A stretch of 64,000 nucleotides of DNA from Eledone cirrhosa (lineage: Eukaryota). Of the stretch, positions 32,265 to 44,544 are shown piece by piece. The stretch lies in contig OZ024741.1 of NCBI GenBank assembly GCA_964016885.1, positions 371,628,001-371,692,000 of the forward strand, in the 5' to 3' direction. Below the pieces are notes generated by a model. It saw nothing but the letters and a program-made list of their open reading frames with translations. It was not told where the DNA came from and ran no database searches. Position numbers and translations under genes: made by a program. Position 1 is the stretch's first letter; each line of letters starts with the position of its first letter.

Positions 32265-33530
32265 AGTTACACACATATACACACATACGGACACATACAC
32301 ACTCGCACACATACATACATTCATACACATTCATACACACAAATCTACTGGCGTTCACGCACACACGCTCGCATACATAGACATTCACGCAAGTACACAC
32401 CCACAAAGTTACACACACACACATACACGCGCGCGCGCATAAACTTTCACACATGTTCACGCACACGAAGTTACAGACACATATACGCATACACACATGC
32501 ACACAAATCCCCCCCACACACACACGTACACACACACACACCTACGCACGCATACACACACACTCGCACACATACATACATTCATACACACAAATTTACA
32601 GGCGTTCACACAAGTACACACACACAAAGTTACAGACACACACACACGCATATACACATGCACACAAATACCCCCCATACACGTACACACACACGTACGT
32701 AGGCATACACACTCGCACACATACATACATACACACACGCATACATACACCCGCATAAGCATTCACACATGTTCATGCACAGACATACACACACACACAT
32801 ACACACATGCACACAAATACCCCCTCCCCCCACACACATATACACACACACATTCACACATGTTCACGCAAACAATGTTTCAGACATAAACACACACGCA
32901 CACATACACACTCACACACACATACACACTCACACACACATACACACTCACACATGTTCACGCAAACAATGTTTCAGACATACACACACACGCACACATA
33001 CACACTCGCATAAACACTCACACATGTTCACGCACACAAACTTACTGACATATATACACACATACTCATATAGTGACCCATATAGTTACATTTGTAGCAT
33101 ACATAAATATATAGCCGTGCACAAATATATATATATATATATATATACAGAAATATACACCCATATACATATATACATAAATATACAACCATATATATAT
33201 AAATACAGAAATATACACCCATATACATATATACAAAAATATATACCTATATACATATATACATAAATATACACCCATATACATATATACAGAAATATAT
33301 ACGGCCATATACATATATACATAAATATACAACCATATACATATATACATAAATATACAACCATATACATATATACATAAATATACACCCATATACATAT
33401 ATACAGAAATATATACTATATACATATATACATAAATATACAACCATATATATACATAAATATACGACCATATACATATATACATAAATATACACATACA
33501 TATATACATAAATATACACAAATATACTCA
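32265..33530. repeat. CA-rich degenerate repeats and ~30-bp minisatellite
   Basis: Unit atacataaatatacacccatatacatatat repeated across ~33145..33520. Duplicated CA-rich blocks upstream. Confidence 0.85.
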
Positions 33531-33750
33531 TAAGGATCGATCGACTTCCGTCGAATCGGACCGAGGAAACAATGTTTCCATTGGTCTTTCCAATTGCTAA
33601 TACTATCGGTCGCAACTCCACGTAGACGGAGCAACGTGAAATAAAGTGTCTTTCCCAAGGACATAACGCATTGCCCAGTCCAGGAGTCGAACTCACAACC
33701 TCACGATTGTGAATCCAATTCTCTTACCACTCAGCCATGCGCCTTCACAT
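33530..33750 (-). mobile_element. tRNA-derived SINE, family 2
   Basis: Reverse complement of the family at 27743 (head gtgaaggcgcatggctgagtgg, B-box gagttcgactcc). Confidence 0.75.
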
Positions 33751-33799
33751 ATACAGAAATAATGTATATACACATTTAATAATGTATATATGCACATAT

Positions 33800-33990
33800 A
33801 ATTGTTTCTACTTTTGGCACAAGGCCAGCAATTATCCCAGTGTATTACTGGTACTTTATTTTATCGACCCCGTAAGGATGAAAGGCAAAGTCAACCTCAG
33901 CGGGATTTGAACTTAGATCATAAAGAGCCGTAACTCTTTGCTGCAAAGCATGGCGTCCGACCCTCTACCGATACTGCCAATCCACCGCCC
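33800..33990 (-). mobile_element. SINE family 1
   Basis: Full-length reverse copy of 31706..31894. Confidence 0.88.
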
Positions 33991-34407
33991 TATATATACA
34001 CATATAATAATGAATATACACATATTTACACAGAAATAATCACTCATGCATTATACACCTGCATGTATGAACCCGTAAATCCTAATGGAGTTGTATGGGT
34101 TTGGTCACTATAAACCTTGTGGACTTCATCCCTCCCCAAGTCTGAACACTCCTTTTCTGGAAGAAATTGGCAGAGAATGTGAGAAAAAGATATAGAGGAA
34201 GAATCGATACAAATACTGGACTGATACTTTTTTTTATTGACTTCCAAGAAATGAAAAGCAAAGTTAAACTGGATGGGGTTTGAACTCAGATGGTAGAGAA
34301 CCGCGTAGCATTCTAGCCGATGTTCTAGCGACTATGTCAATTAGCCGATTTATTTGCGATAATACACATGCATACGTTCATTTTTTGCTGCTTGGTGAGA
34401 GGGAGAG

Positions 34408-34819
34408 CAGACCTGCCAACCTCTAAAATCCCAAACAAGGAGTACCATGAAAAAAGTGCTTCAAAACGGAGAGAAATGAGACAAAATGGGGAGATTTTAC
34501 ATAGTAGCACAAGGCCAGCAATTTTGGGGGAGGGGAAAGTCGATTAAATCGACCCTAGTGCGTGACTGGTACTTTATTTTATCGACCCCGTAAGGATGAA
34601 AGGCAAAGTTAACCTCGGCGGGATTTGAACTCAGACAGTAAAGGGTCGTAACTCTGTGCTACAAAGCATGGTGTCCGACTCTACCGATACTGCCAATCCA
34701 CCGCTCTGAGATTTTACATAATGAAAGCTATCCTCATTTTCACGAGTGAAGAAATCTCCCACTTACCTCAAAGTGGGGTGGGAGATCTCCCCGTCTGACG
34801 GGGAGAGTTGACAGGTCTG
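34408..34819. mobile_element. hAT-like MITE with nested SINE family 1
   Basis: TIRs cagacctgccaac / gttgacaggtctg. Nested SINE at 34504..34707(-) with TSD gagattttacata (34491..34503, 34708..34720). Confidence 0.7.
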
Positions 34820-35174
34820 GGAGAGGGAGAGCACTCATGACCTTTCATATATTTAGAGGTGAGGGAGTGGAGGATGAAATCCTCAAATCGAAGGCTTGTC
34901 CTGACTGCTTATAACAGAGGGAACTCCTTCATATAAATACACCCAAAGACAAATTGATGTTAAATCGAGCGACGAATAAACCCCAAATTTGGTTCACTGA
35001 CACTATTAAGATAGTCATTGACCCTGTTCTAGATTTGCCGGGCCTCTTGTTTTGGTCCTGTTGGATTTCCTAGCAGGAGGGGGGGGGGGGGGGTACTGGT
35101 TTAATCACCAGGCGACCCCGATCATGTAACAGATTCTACTGGGTTAAATGGTACTGATACTCAGAGCGACATGA

Positions 35175-35252
<78 letters not shown>

Positions 35253-35263
35253 GTATATATATG

Positions 35264-35383
<120 letters not shown>

Positions 35384-35781
35384 CATATATATACATATAT
35401 ATATATATATGTGTGTGTGTATGTGTGTATGTGTGTATATATATATATTTACCGAATTCACAGACTAGACCCCTTCTTCCTCCCGTTAGACCTGTGCGAA
35501 ATTCCTTCCTTGCTCACATTTCAACCAGGTTTGATGGTCTTTATTCTCTCTCGTTCACGATTTCACCGAACTTATATTCATGGAAATTTTTGGACTTGAC
35601 TCGCTCTTCCTCACTTTTCGTTGCTTCACCATCTTTGTTTGTTTACACTCTCGCTGTTCCCTTTATTTACATGTCCCAACGACTATCTTTATCCGTTGCT
35701 CGCACCAACCGGAGGTATATGGTCTTTAAAGCGAAGAAATACCGATGATGGTTGGAAGATCACTGATGAAGGATCACTTTA

Positions 35782-35849
<68 letters not shown>

Positions 35850-36080
35850 CAGAAGGGATATTCAATTTGTTGGTAATTCAACAAATATAAATGTTTATAA
35901 CTAATTCAGAGCACTCAACAAAATTTTCTGGAGTATAATATACAATGATATTAAATAAATGAAAACCACATTTATTCTATTATATATATTTCAAGGGTAC
36001 CAAAATTTTAGTACGCTTTCATCAGATAAAATACAAACTGTTTTATAAATATAGTTTCCATTTATTTAATATCATTGTAT

Positions 36081-36111
<31 letters not shown>

Positions 36112-36121
<10 letters not shown>

Positions 36122-38493
36122 AAGTGAAGATAGGCATTGTTTGGTGTTCCCAACTTGCATGCTACACCGTTCATCCAATTTTCATGAAACCTCACACATA
36201 TATAAAACTCAACGCGTAGAGTGGAATAGGCTACTTGAAAATTTCGAAAAATCGATAATCGGGACCCCAGAAGCCAAAAATCGATATTTTCAAAAATCGA
36301 TGAAACTCGACGCAAGTGTGTATTTTGATTCGGGGATAAACGTGCGCTGCATTAAATTTTCGAAAAATCGATAATTGGATCACCAGAGGCAAAAATCCAT
36401 ATTTACGAAATTTGTCCGATTCCAATGAAATTTGACGTAGGTATGTATTTTGATGCTGGGATTAACGTGGGATACTTGAAATTGTAAAAAGAAAATCGAT
36501 AATCGGACCCCCAGATGCAAAAATCCGGCAACCGAAAAACGCCATTCTTCTTGCTTACATTTGTCGCGACTCCCGCCATGCAAAAAATGTTCAATCTATC
36601 AGGATTATCTACCGTAAGTCTATTTAAATTAACGCTCACCATATTCAGCAAATCTTTTATGCCGATTATTCCATTTATCATATAAGGACTATCAACACTA
36701 TACCGCCGCGCATCATCCTGTATTGCACCCAGTCTTCTCAAGCGATCATCGAGCCTCCATGCGCTCCCTTCATTCCCGTGGTCTCACTACCGTACCATAA
36801 TGAGGCATCCGTCAAACTCTGCCCTCTCCCATCCATGCATGCCGTCGACCTACTACATCGTTGTGCATCACCATGCGCATCTCTGCATTGTCAGCTGCAA
36901 TTCATTCCCCGGCCCTTTCCATTGCCTGCCCTCCGTGGTCCCTAAGGACTGCCACGACTCAACATGCTGAATCCCTGCCACCGTCCACCCCTGCCCATTT
37001 CCATTGCCTACACTCCGGGAGAGCTCAAGACTTCCAGGCCTGACCAAGCCGCATCCCTGCCACCATCAACCCCTGCCCTCTCCCTTCCCTGCACGCCGTT
37101 GTCCCACTGCATCGTCATGCCTCACCATGCCGCATTACTGCCCTGTCGGCCACCATCCCCTCCTCAGCCATTTTTTTGGCCTGCCCGCCGTGCTCCTTCA
37201 ATACTGCCTTGCCTAACTAAGCCGCATCCCTGCCACCATCAAGTCCTTCCTTCTCCCTTCCCTGCACGCTGTCGTCCCACTGCATCGTCATGCCTCACCA
37301 TGCAGCATCCATGCTCTGTCAGCCACCATGCCCTCCCCTTCCCTCTCCCTTACCCGCACGACTTGGTCCTTCACGAGTGCCATGGTTCACCATGCGGAAT
37401 CCCTGCAACCGTCAATCCCGGCCATCTCCCTTCCCTGCACGCCGTCGTCCCACTGCATCGTCATGCATCACCATGCCGCATCAATGCTCTGTCAGCCGCC
37501 ATCCCCTCCTTGGCCCTTTCTTTTTCCTGCCCGCAGTGCTCCTTCAAGACTGCCATGGCTCACCATGCGGCATCCTTGCCACCGTCCACCCATGCCCTCT
37601 TCCTTGCCTGCTAGCCGTCGCCCCACTACATCTTCATGCCTCAGGATGCCGCCTCCATGCACTGTCAGCCACCATCCCCTCCTCGGCCCTTTCTTTTGCC
37701 TGACCGCCGTGCTCCTTCAAGACTCCCATGGCTATCTATGCCGCATCAATTCCTTGCCACCCGCTTAAACGTCATCAGTATGGCTTATTGTTGCCTCATT
37801 TGATCACCGATTTTCGCAGGTTAAACACAATACCAACGTGCACGATGGTCCATGGTAAATCTTTTTAATTACATGTTCTTGAGGCTGTTGCAAAGGGCAA
37901 TAACCCTAGACGCAATTTTGATCAACTTTTTTTCACATATAGCAAATTTACCGGGACAGGTCTTTAGCTACTCAAATCTACTTCAGAGGTCACGCATTCA
38001 TGTAAAAAATCAATAAAACTGAAGCGGGGGGTTCGACTTTGCGCAAAAAACAAGGCAAAGTTACAGATGGGATAATTTTTTACAGGAACGTTCGATTTTC
38101 GTGAAAACTGTCGCAAATGATTCGTCCATTATGCCGCGATTCAGATAAAGTCCCTTTTATTTCTTCTTCTGCACATGTGAGCGCCAAAATTGTAAAAAAA
38201 AAAAAAAATTTGAACAAATCGACTTTTTCACCCTGCTTTAAAAATCAACTGAAATTTCAATTTCAAGTTAATTTGACTTCCGTCAGTCTTGCAAAGACCA
38301 ATTTCAACGATACACTCTGAACCTACAATTGATCCATTATTTATGCTCAATTACACACCTGCGTATACTAACCTATTTTTTCCCTTGAGGTTCGAAGGTT
38401 TTTGCACCTGTGGTGCGCGGGAAGTAACTTTCAAACATTTTAACAACAGACCAAAGGTCGACTTACCCGGGCAACGCCGGGTACTTCTGCTAG
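36112..38493 (+). mobile_element. ~2.4-kb non-autonomous Helitron with internal tandem repeats
   Basis: 5' t(t)tatatataaagtg, 3' hairpin cccgggcaacgccggg plus CTAG|T. Internal ~120-bp repeats (36150..36540) and ~173-bp GC-rich repeats (36830..37770). Confidence 0.7.
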
Positions 38494-38660
38494 TATATAT
38501 ATATTTAAAAGTTAAGGGTATGTCATGCATCATCTTATTTTATCTGATGAATACGTACTGTTGAACTTAACTCAGTACCTCTGAAATATGTATAATAAAA
38601 TATAATTGATCACAAGAATATCTATTTTGTTAATATTTTGAATTAATATATATATATATA

Positions 38661-38858
38661 TAGGAAAAAGTATGACGCCGACGGCAGAGCTCAAGCCGTT
38701 TCGACGGCTATTTCTGGACTCTTTCCAGAAATAGCCGTCGAAACGGCTTGAGCTCTGCCGTCGGGGTCATACTTTTCCCTATTTCCCACTCTACTACCCC
38801 AAGTATTGAGTACTCTGGTGCATTATGGTCCATCTGGTTCCTTACCATAATTCCTTTG

Positions 38859-38860
<2 letters not shown>
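38661..38860 (+). mobile_element. Short fold-back element family B, copy 2
   Basis: Arms of ~57 bp around actcttt. Contains GAAAC-ggc..gcc-GTC. (TA)n flanks. Confidence 0.85.
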
Positions 38861-38896
<36 letters not shown>

Positions 38897-39029
38897 GCGT
38901 GTGTACGCGTGTTTGTGTGTGCGCGTGAGTATGCGTGTATACAAAGGCATACGCACGTCTACTCATATACAGGCGCACATATACATTACATATAGATATA
39001 CACGCAACATTACTGAATTAATTGTTTTC

Positions 39030-39445
39030 ACAGTTGCTGATAATGTTGCTGTTGTTATTGTTGTTGCTGTTACTGTTGCTGTTGTTGTTACTGTTGTTGC
39101 TGTTGTTGTTACTGTTGTTGCTGTTGTTGTTGTTACTGCTGCTACTACTACTGATGTCAATTTGATGTTTGTTGTCTTTTTTTTCGTTCATATTGTTGTT
39201 ATTGATGGAATTGGTTTTGTCATTGTTGTTGTTACCATTGTTATTGTTGTTGTTGCTGTTGTTTTTGTTTTTGTTGTTGTTGTTGTTGGTGTTGTTGTTG
39301 TTGTTGTTACCTTTGTTATTGTTGTTTTTGCTGTTGTTGTTATTGTTGCTAATGTTCCTGTTGTTGTTGTTGCTGTTGCTGTTGTTGTTGTTGCTGATGT
39401 TGTTATTATTGTTGCTAATGTTGCTGTTGTTGTTCCTGTTGTTGC

Positions 39446-39476
<31 letters not shown>

Positions 39477-39841
39477 ACTTATGTTGTTGTTGACATTGTT
39501 CTAGAAGCTGCCTTAATTGATATTGTTTTTTACTATTGTTTGGTTGTTGTTTTTCTTCCTATTTTTATTAACCTTATAATTATTTTAAAGGTTTGCCTTA
39601 ATTGAAGTTGATAAAGTTGTTGTTGTTCTTTCTATTTGTTAGAGTTGTTGTTGTGAAACGTATTGTTGTTGTTGTTGTTATAATTAACCTGTTTTAATTA
39701 TTTCGCCATTGTTAACATCATTATTACTCATGATGACTCTATACATCATTACTGATGTACATACTGATGGAGACGACGATGATATTGATGACGGCGGCGT
39801 CGATGTTGATAGTGATGATGTTGCTGATGATGATGACTGTA

Positions 39842-39880
<39 letters not shown>

Positions 39881-39885
39881 GCGAT
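39030..39885. repeat. (GTT)n and (GAT)n trinucleotide arrays
   Basis: Seen directly. Confidence 0.95.
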
Positions 39886-39996
39886 AATGGAGATAAGAAT
39901 ACGTAGACGAAACTGTTTCTTTTTAGTTCTCACCATTACTTCTGAGTTAAAATCCTTCCAAAATAAAGAAGTCCATTATTATTATCATTATTATTT

Positions 39997-40380
39997 TGGG
40001 CGGTAGATTGGGAGTATCGGTAGAGGGTCGGACGTCATGCTTTAACGCATAGAGTTACGGCCCTTGCCTTTCTGAGTTCAAATCCCGCCGAGGTTAACGC
40101 TGCCTTTCATCCTTACGGGGTCGATAAAATAAAGTACCAGTAATGCACTGGGTAATTTCTGGCCTTGTGCCAAAAGTAGAAACAATTATTATTTTGGTAG
40201 AATTGTTAGAGCGACAGATGAAATGCTTTGCTGCCTTTAGTTATGGTTTTACGTTGTGAGTTCAAATCCCAACGAGGTTAGCTTTGCCTTTCATTTTAAA
40301 GGCGTCGATAAAATAAAGTACCAGTAATCCACTGGATCGATGTAATCGGCTCTCCCTCCTCAAAAGTTGTTGAAACCATC
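39997..40380 (+). mobile_element. Two tandem SINE family 1 copies
   Basis: B-box and core at ~40075-40140 and ~40258-40325. Confidence 0.85.
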
Positions 40381-40571
40381 ATTACAGTATGTGAATTGCG
40401 TTGCCCCATTTCTGGGTTCAAATTTCTGTGGCATTGAAAGAATCTGCTACGACTTTTGAGGAGGAACGAAGACAATGGAATATTCACGCCTATGTCACAA
40501 TTCGACAGGAAACTCGACGTGTAGAGAGTGGCATGCCTTGAATTAACATAAAACATGGTTTAAAAGACCTC

Positions 40572-40720
40572 CCATACTTTAACACATCACGGAATTGCAA
40601 GCTTTGTCTAACTGAAAAATGTTAGATTCTGAAGTAACCTGCCGCATCACTTAACACGAGATCAGAAATATTGTACAATTGCCGCCATAAGAGGAGGTTC
40701 ATCTGCGAAAATTTCCAGTC
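40572..40720 (+). pseudogene. Naiad-type Penelope GIY-YIG C-terminal remnant (not in ORF track)
   Basis: Translates PYFNTSRNCKLCLTEKC*ILK*PAASLNTRSEILYNCRHKRRF, homologous to SYNGNKRSCDLCAAE..LNKKPEAISACKHK in the 48767 ORF. Confidence 0.8.
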
Positions 40721-40970
40721 ACCAGAAGGGGGAAATTCAGAAATATCAGTTTTAGCAAATTCCTGGAAGCGAGCCAACATTGTAAAGTAATTACCCGTAA
40801 CAACCATAACCTTGGACTAAGTTTTCCTCTTTATCACATTAGTAAAAGGTCTGAAGCCTGTAAATCTGTAACAAATTATATTACTTGATCAGTCTTAACC
40901 AATGAGATCCGGTCTTATGAGATTACACCATTCGCCATCTTTCTTATTTATTCACATTATCGTTTGAAAG

Positions 40971-41356
40971 GGCGGTGGATTGGCAGTATCGGTAGAGGGT
41001 CAGACGCCATGCTTTACAGCATAGTTACGTCCCTTTACGATCTGAGTTCAAATCTCGCCGAGGTTGACTTTGCCTTTCATCCTTACGAGGTCGATAAAAT
41101 AAAGTACCAGTAATGCACTGGGTAATTGCTGGCCTTGTGCCTAAAGTAGAAACAATTATCGTTTGAAAGGGCGGCGGATTGGCAGTATCGGTTGAGCGTC
41201 GGATACCATGCTTTGCAGCATACAGGTATGGCCATTTACGTTCTGAGTTCAAATCCCGCCGGGTTTAACTTTGCTTTTCATCCTTATGGGGCCGATAAAA
41301 TAAAGCACCAGCAATGCACTGGGGTAATTTCTGGCCTTGTCCTAAAAGTAGAAACA
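40971..41356 (+). mobile_element. Two tandem SINE family 1 copies bounded by three copies of a 15-bp TSD
   Basis: attat(c/t)gtttgaaag at 40956, 41155 and 41357. Confidence 0.88.
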
Positions 41357-41388
41357 ATTATTGTTTGAAAGATTACTGAAGAATTCAG

Positions 41389-41460
41389 TCCTCGGTAGTA
41401 TAGTGGTAAGTATCCCGGCCTGTCACACGGGAGACCGGGATTCTATTCCCAGCCGGGGAG
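41389..41460 (+). tRNA. tRNA-Asp(GTC)-derived sequence, probably a pseudogene or SINE head
   Basis: 72 nt colinear with eukaryotic tRNA-Asp (TCCTCG..AGTATAGTGGT..CTGTCAC..GGGGAG). Substitutions in the anticodon stem and T-loop (GATTCTA instead of GGTTCGA). Confidence 0.8.
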
Positions 41461-41644
41461 ACTAATTTTAAATGGTGGTACCCCAGCAAGGTCTCATCCT
41501 ATAGGGTGGAAGACGTAAAAGAGTATAGAGCTCTGTGTAACAGTGGAGTGAATCACTTATTTTCCCCCCAATAAATATAAGTTCAGCTTTATTTATTTAC
41601 ATAACCTTTTTTCTTGTTTATACACATAAATATGTGTATGTGTG

Positions 41645-41773
<129 letters not shown>

Positions 41774-42036
41774 CGGGATACCCCTCTAGAGGTTAGTAAA
41801 ACCATTATTCAACTAAGTATTTGATTTTTTGTTTAATGTAAAGTGGAAATATTATTTATTAAATATATATGTGTATATATTTCGGGTGGCAGTGCGTTCC
41901 AAATAAAAGTAGAAATTATATATTTTTATTACATGGGTATGCGTTAGAATATATATATTATACATGTGCACAGACACATGTGTGGGTGGCAGGAGAAAGT
42001 TGCCGAATGATTATATATTTTCTTTGCACTCATATT

Positions 42037-42107
<71 letters not shown>

Positions 42108-42325
42108 TTATATATATTGAAAAAATAATAAATAAAGTTTGTTTTTCGTGTTATCTACTTATATAAACAGAGGGATAATCCATCCACAGAAATATGTATG
42201 CGTGTATGTATGTATTATTGATGTATGGATGTATGTATGTTTGCATGGTATGTATGAAAGTATGTATGTGTGTATGCATGAAAGTATGTATGTATCTACG
42301 TATGTATGTATGTATAAGTGTATGG

Positions 42326-42414
<89 letters not shown>

Positions 42415-42505
42415 ATGCATATATGTATACACATTTACCCTTCAGATATATACCTATTGACATTCCACACTACATATACCCCATATAAATTCTCCCCTAT
42501 ATACA

Positions 42506-42619
<114 letters not shown>

Positions 42620-42974
42620 GATATTCGTGTGCGTGTATATGTGTGTGTATGTATATATATATATATATATGTGTGCATACGTGTGCATATGTGTGTATGT
42701 GTGTGCGTGTGCATGTGTGTGTGTTTGTAAGTACGTAGACACGCATATATATCAATATGTATATAATATATTAAACTAAAACTAAAATCTCATTTTAGAG
42801 GTATAAAATCTAAATAGGTCAAATAAAAAAGAAGTCGGTTTTAACTTATATAATATTCCGACTAAGGTTTCTGGAACTCAAGATAACAACATCGGCAATT
42901 CCAGGAGATTTGAATAACCACTATTGGAAGAATTTCAGTTCCCTATTCGAGATGGTGAATTGGTGCGTAATGAC

Positions 42975-43672
42975 AATGTTTCTACTTTTGGCACAAGACC
43001 AGCAATTATCCTAGTGTATTACTGGTACTTTATTTTATCGACCCAGTGAGGATGAAAGGCAAAGTTAACCTCGGCGAGATTTGAACTCAGAAAGTAAAGG
43101 GCCATAACTCTATGCTGCAAAGCATGGTGTCTGACGCTCTGCTGATACTGTCAAACCACCACCCTTCGGTTTTCGGTAATGATAATATAAATAAAAATAA
43201 AGGAAAATAATAATTAATGATTTCTAGTATAGGCACAAGGCCAGTAATTTGGGGGAAAGGGAAAGTCGATTAAATCGATCTCAGTACGTTACTGGTACCT
43301 TATTTTATCGACCCCATAAAGATGAAAGGCAAAGTTAACCTCGGCTGGATTTGAACTCAGAACGTAAAGGACCATAACTCTATGCTGCAAAGCAGGTGTC
43401 TGATGCTATACTTATACTGTCAAACCCACCACCCTTCGGTTTTCGAAAATAATTATTTCTACTTTTGGCACAAGGCCAGCAATTATCCCAGTGTACAAAT
43501 AAAGTCGAACAAATAAAGTACCAGTAGGTACCAGTAGGTACTTTATTTGTTCGACCCCGTAAGGATGAAAGGCAAAGTTAACCTCGGCGGGATTTGAACT
43601 CAGATCATAAAGGGCCGTAACTCTTTATTGCAAAGCATGGCGTCCGACCCTTACCGATACTGCCAATCCATG
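42975..43672 (-). mobile_element. Three tandem SINE family 1 copies
   Basis: Cores at ~43020-43090, 43290-43360 and 43535-43600. The first two share the flank acccttcggttttcg. Confidence 0.88.
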
Positions 43673-44544
43673 AATAAATGTAAAATAGATAGAAGAGGTC
43701 TGTTTTAGTAATAGAAGATGTTTATCGACATCAGCGCCAACAACAACAACAACCACAATCGTCATTAAGGATGGTACTAATGGCATTTACAGTAGGCGCC
43801 TGCTGTGTGGCTAAAAAACCGGTACTTTTAGGCAAGTTATTTGTCTGTGGTGGGGGGGGGGGGTCAGGTGAGTTCCTTTGTGTTGAGGTGATGGAAGTCT
43901 TTATGGATACGTTGTTATTACTGTCAACAACAACAGCATCAACAACAACGACAGTTGCTGCACAGGACAAAGGCGACAGTAAAAGGGACAGTCCTGTCTC
44001 CTCAGTTAACCTCTGGAAATCTCTACAGTTTCAGTAAAGACAAAGACAGGACAAACTATGCTTTTCCATGAATTACACAAATTAAGACATTTTCTACTAT
44101 ATTAAGCGTGAAACTAATATATATATATATATTCATTGTACTTCATCGTCTGTCGATTATTTTTGTTTTTTTCGTTTCCTTTACACATATATGGGTATAT
44201 GTGTGTACGTGTGTCTCTGTGTGTGAGGTATCATAAGTTATTATAGCTTAGAATCAAATAGACCAATCATATATTCAGGAACACAAGACAAGAAATGTAG
44301 TGCAGTTAAGTTCCTTTTGTTTTCCTGTATTTTACAGAAGTACATTCGTTTCGAATATAACTTAACTTATATTCTCCTGAAAAACTATTATATTTCTGGC
44401 TGGCAGTAGACCATCCACTCCACCCACCCCTCTCTCTCTATATATATATGTATATATATACATATACATATATATATACACATATATATAAATATGTGTA
44501 TATATACATATACATATATATACATATATATATATATATACATA

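Noticed and set aside
38748-39605. Val/Leu-rich membrane-protein-like ORFs and the nearby poly-Asp ORF
   Set aside because: (GTT)n and (GAT)n arrays.
40845-40930. Possible hammerhead downstream of the Naiad remnant (ttgatcagtct..agat-ccggtc)
   Set aside because: Core too degenerate, with no GAAA and no stem I.
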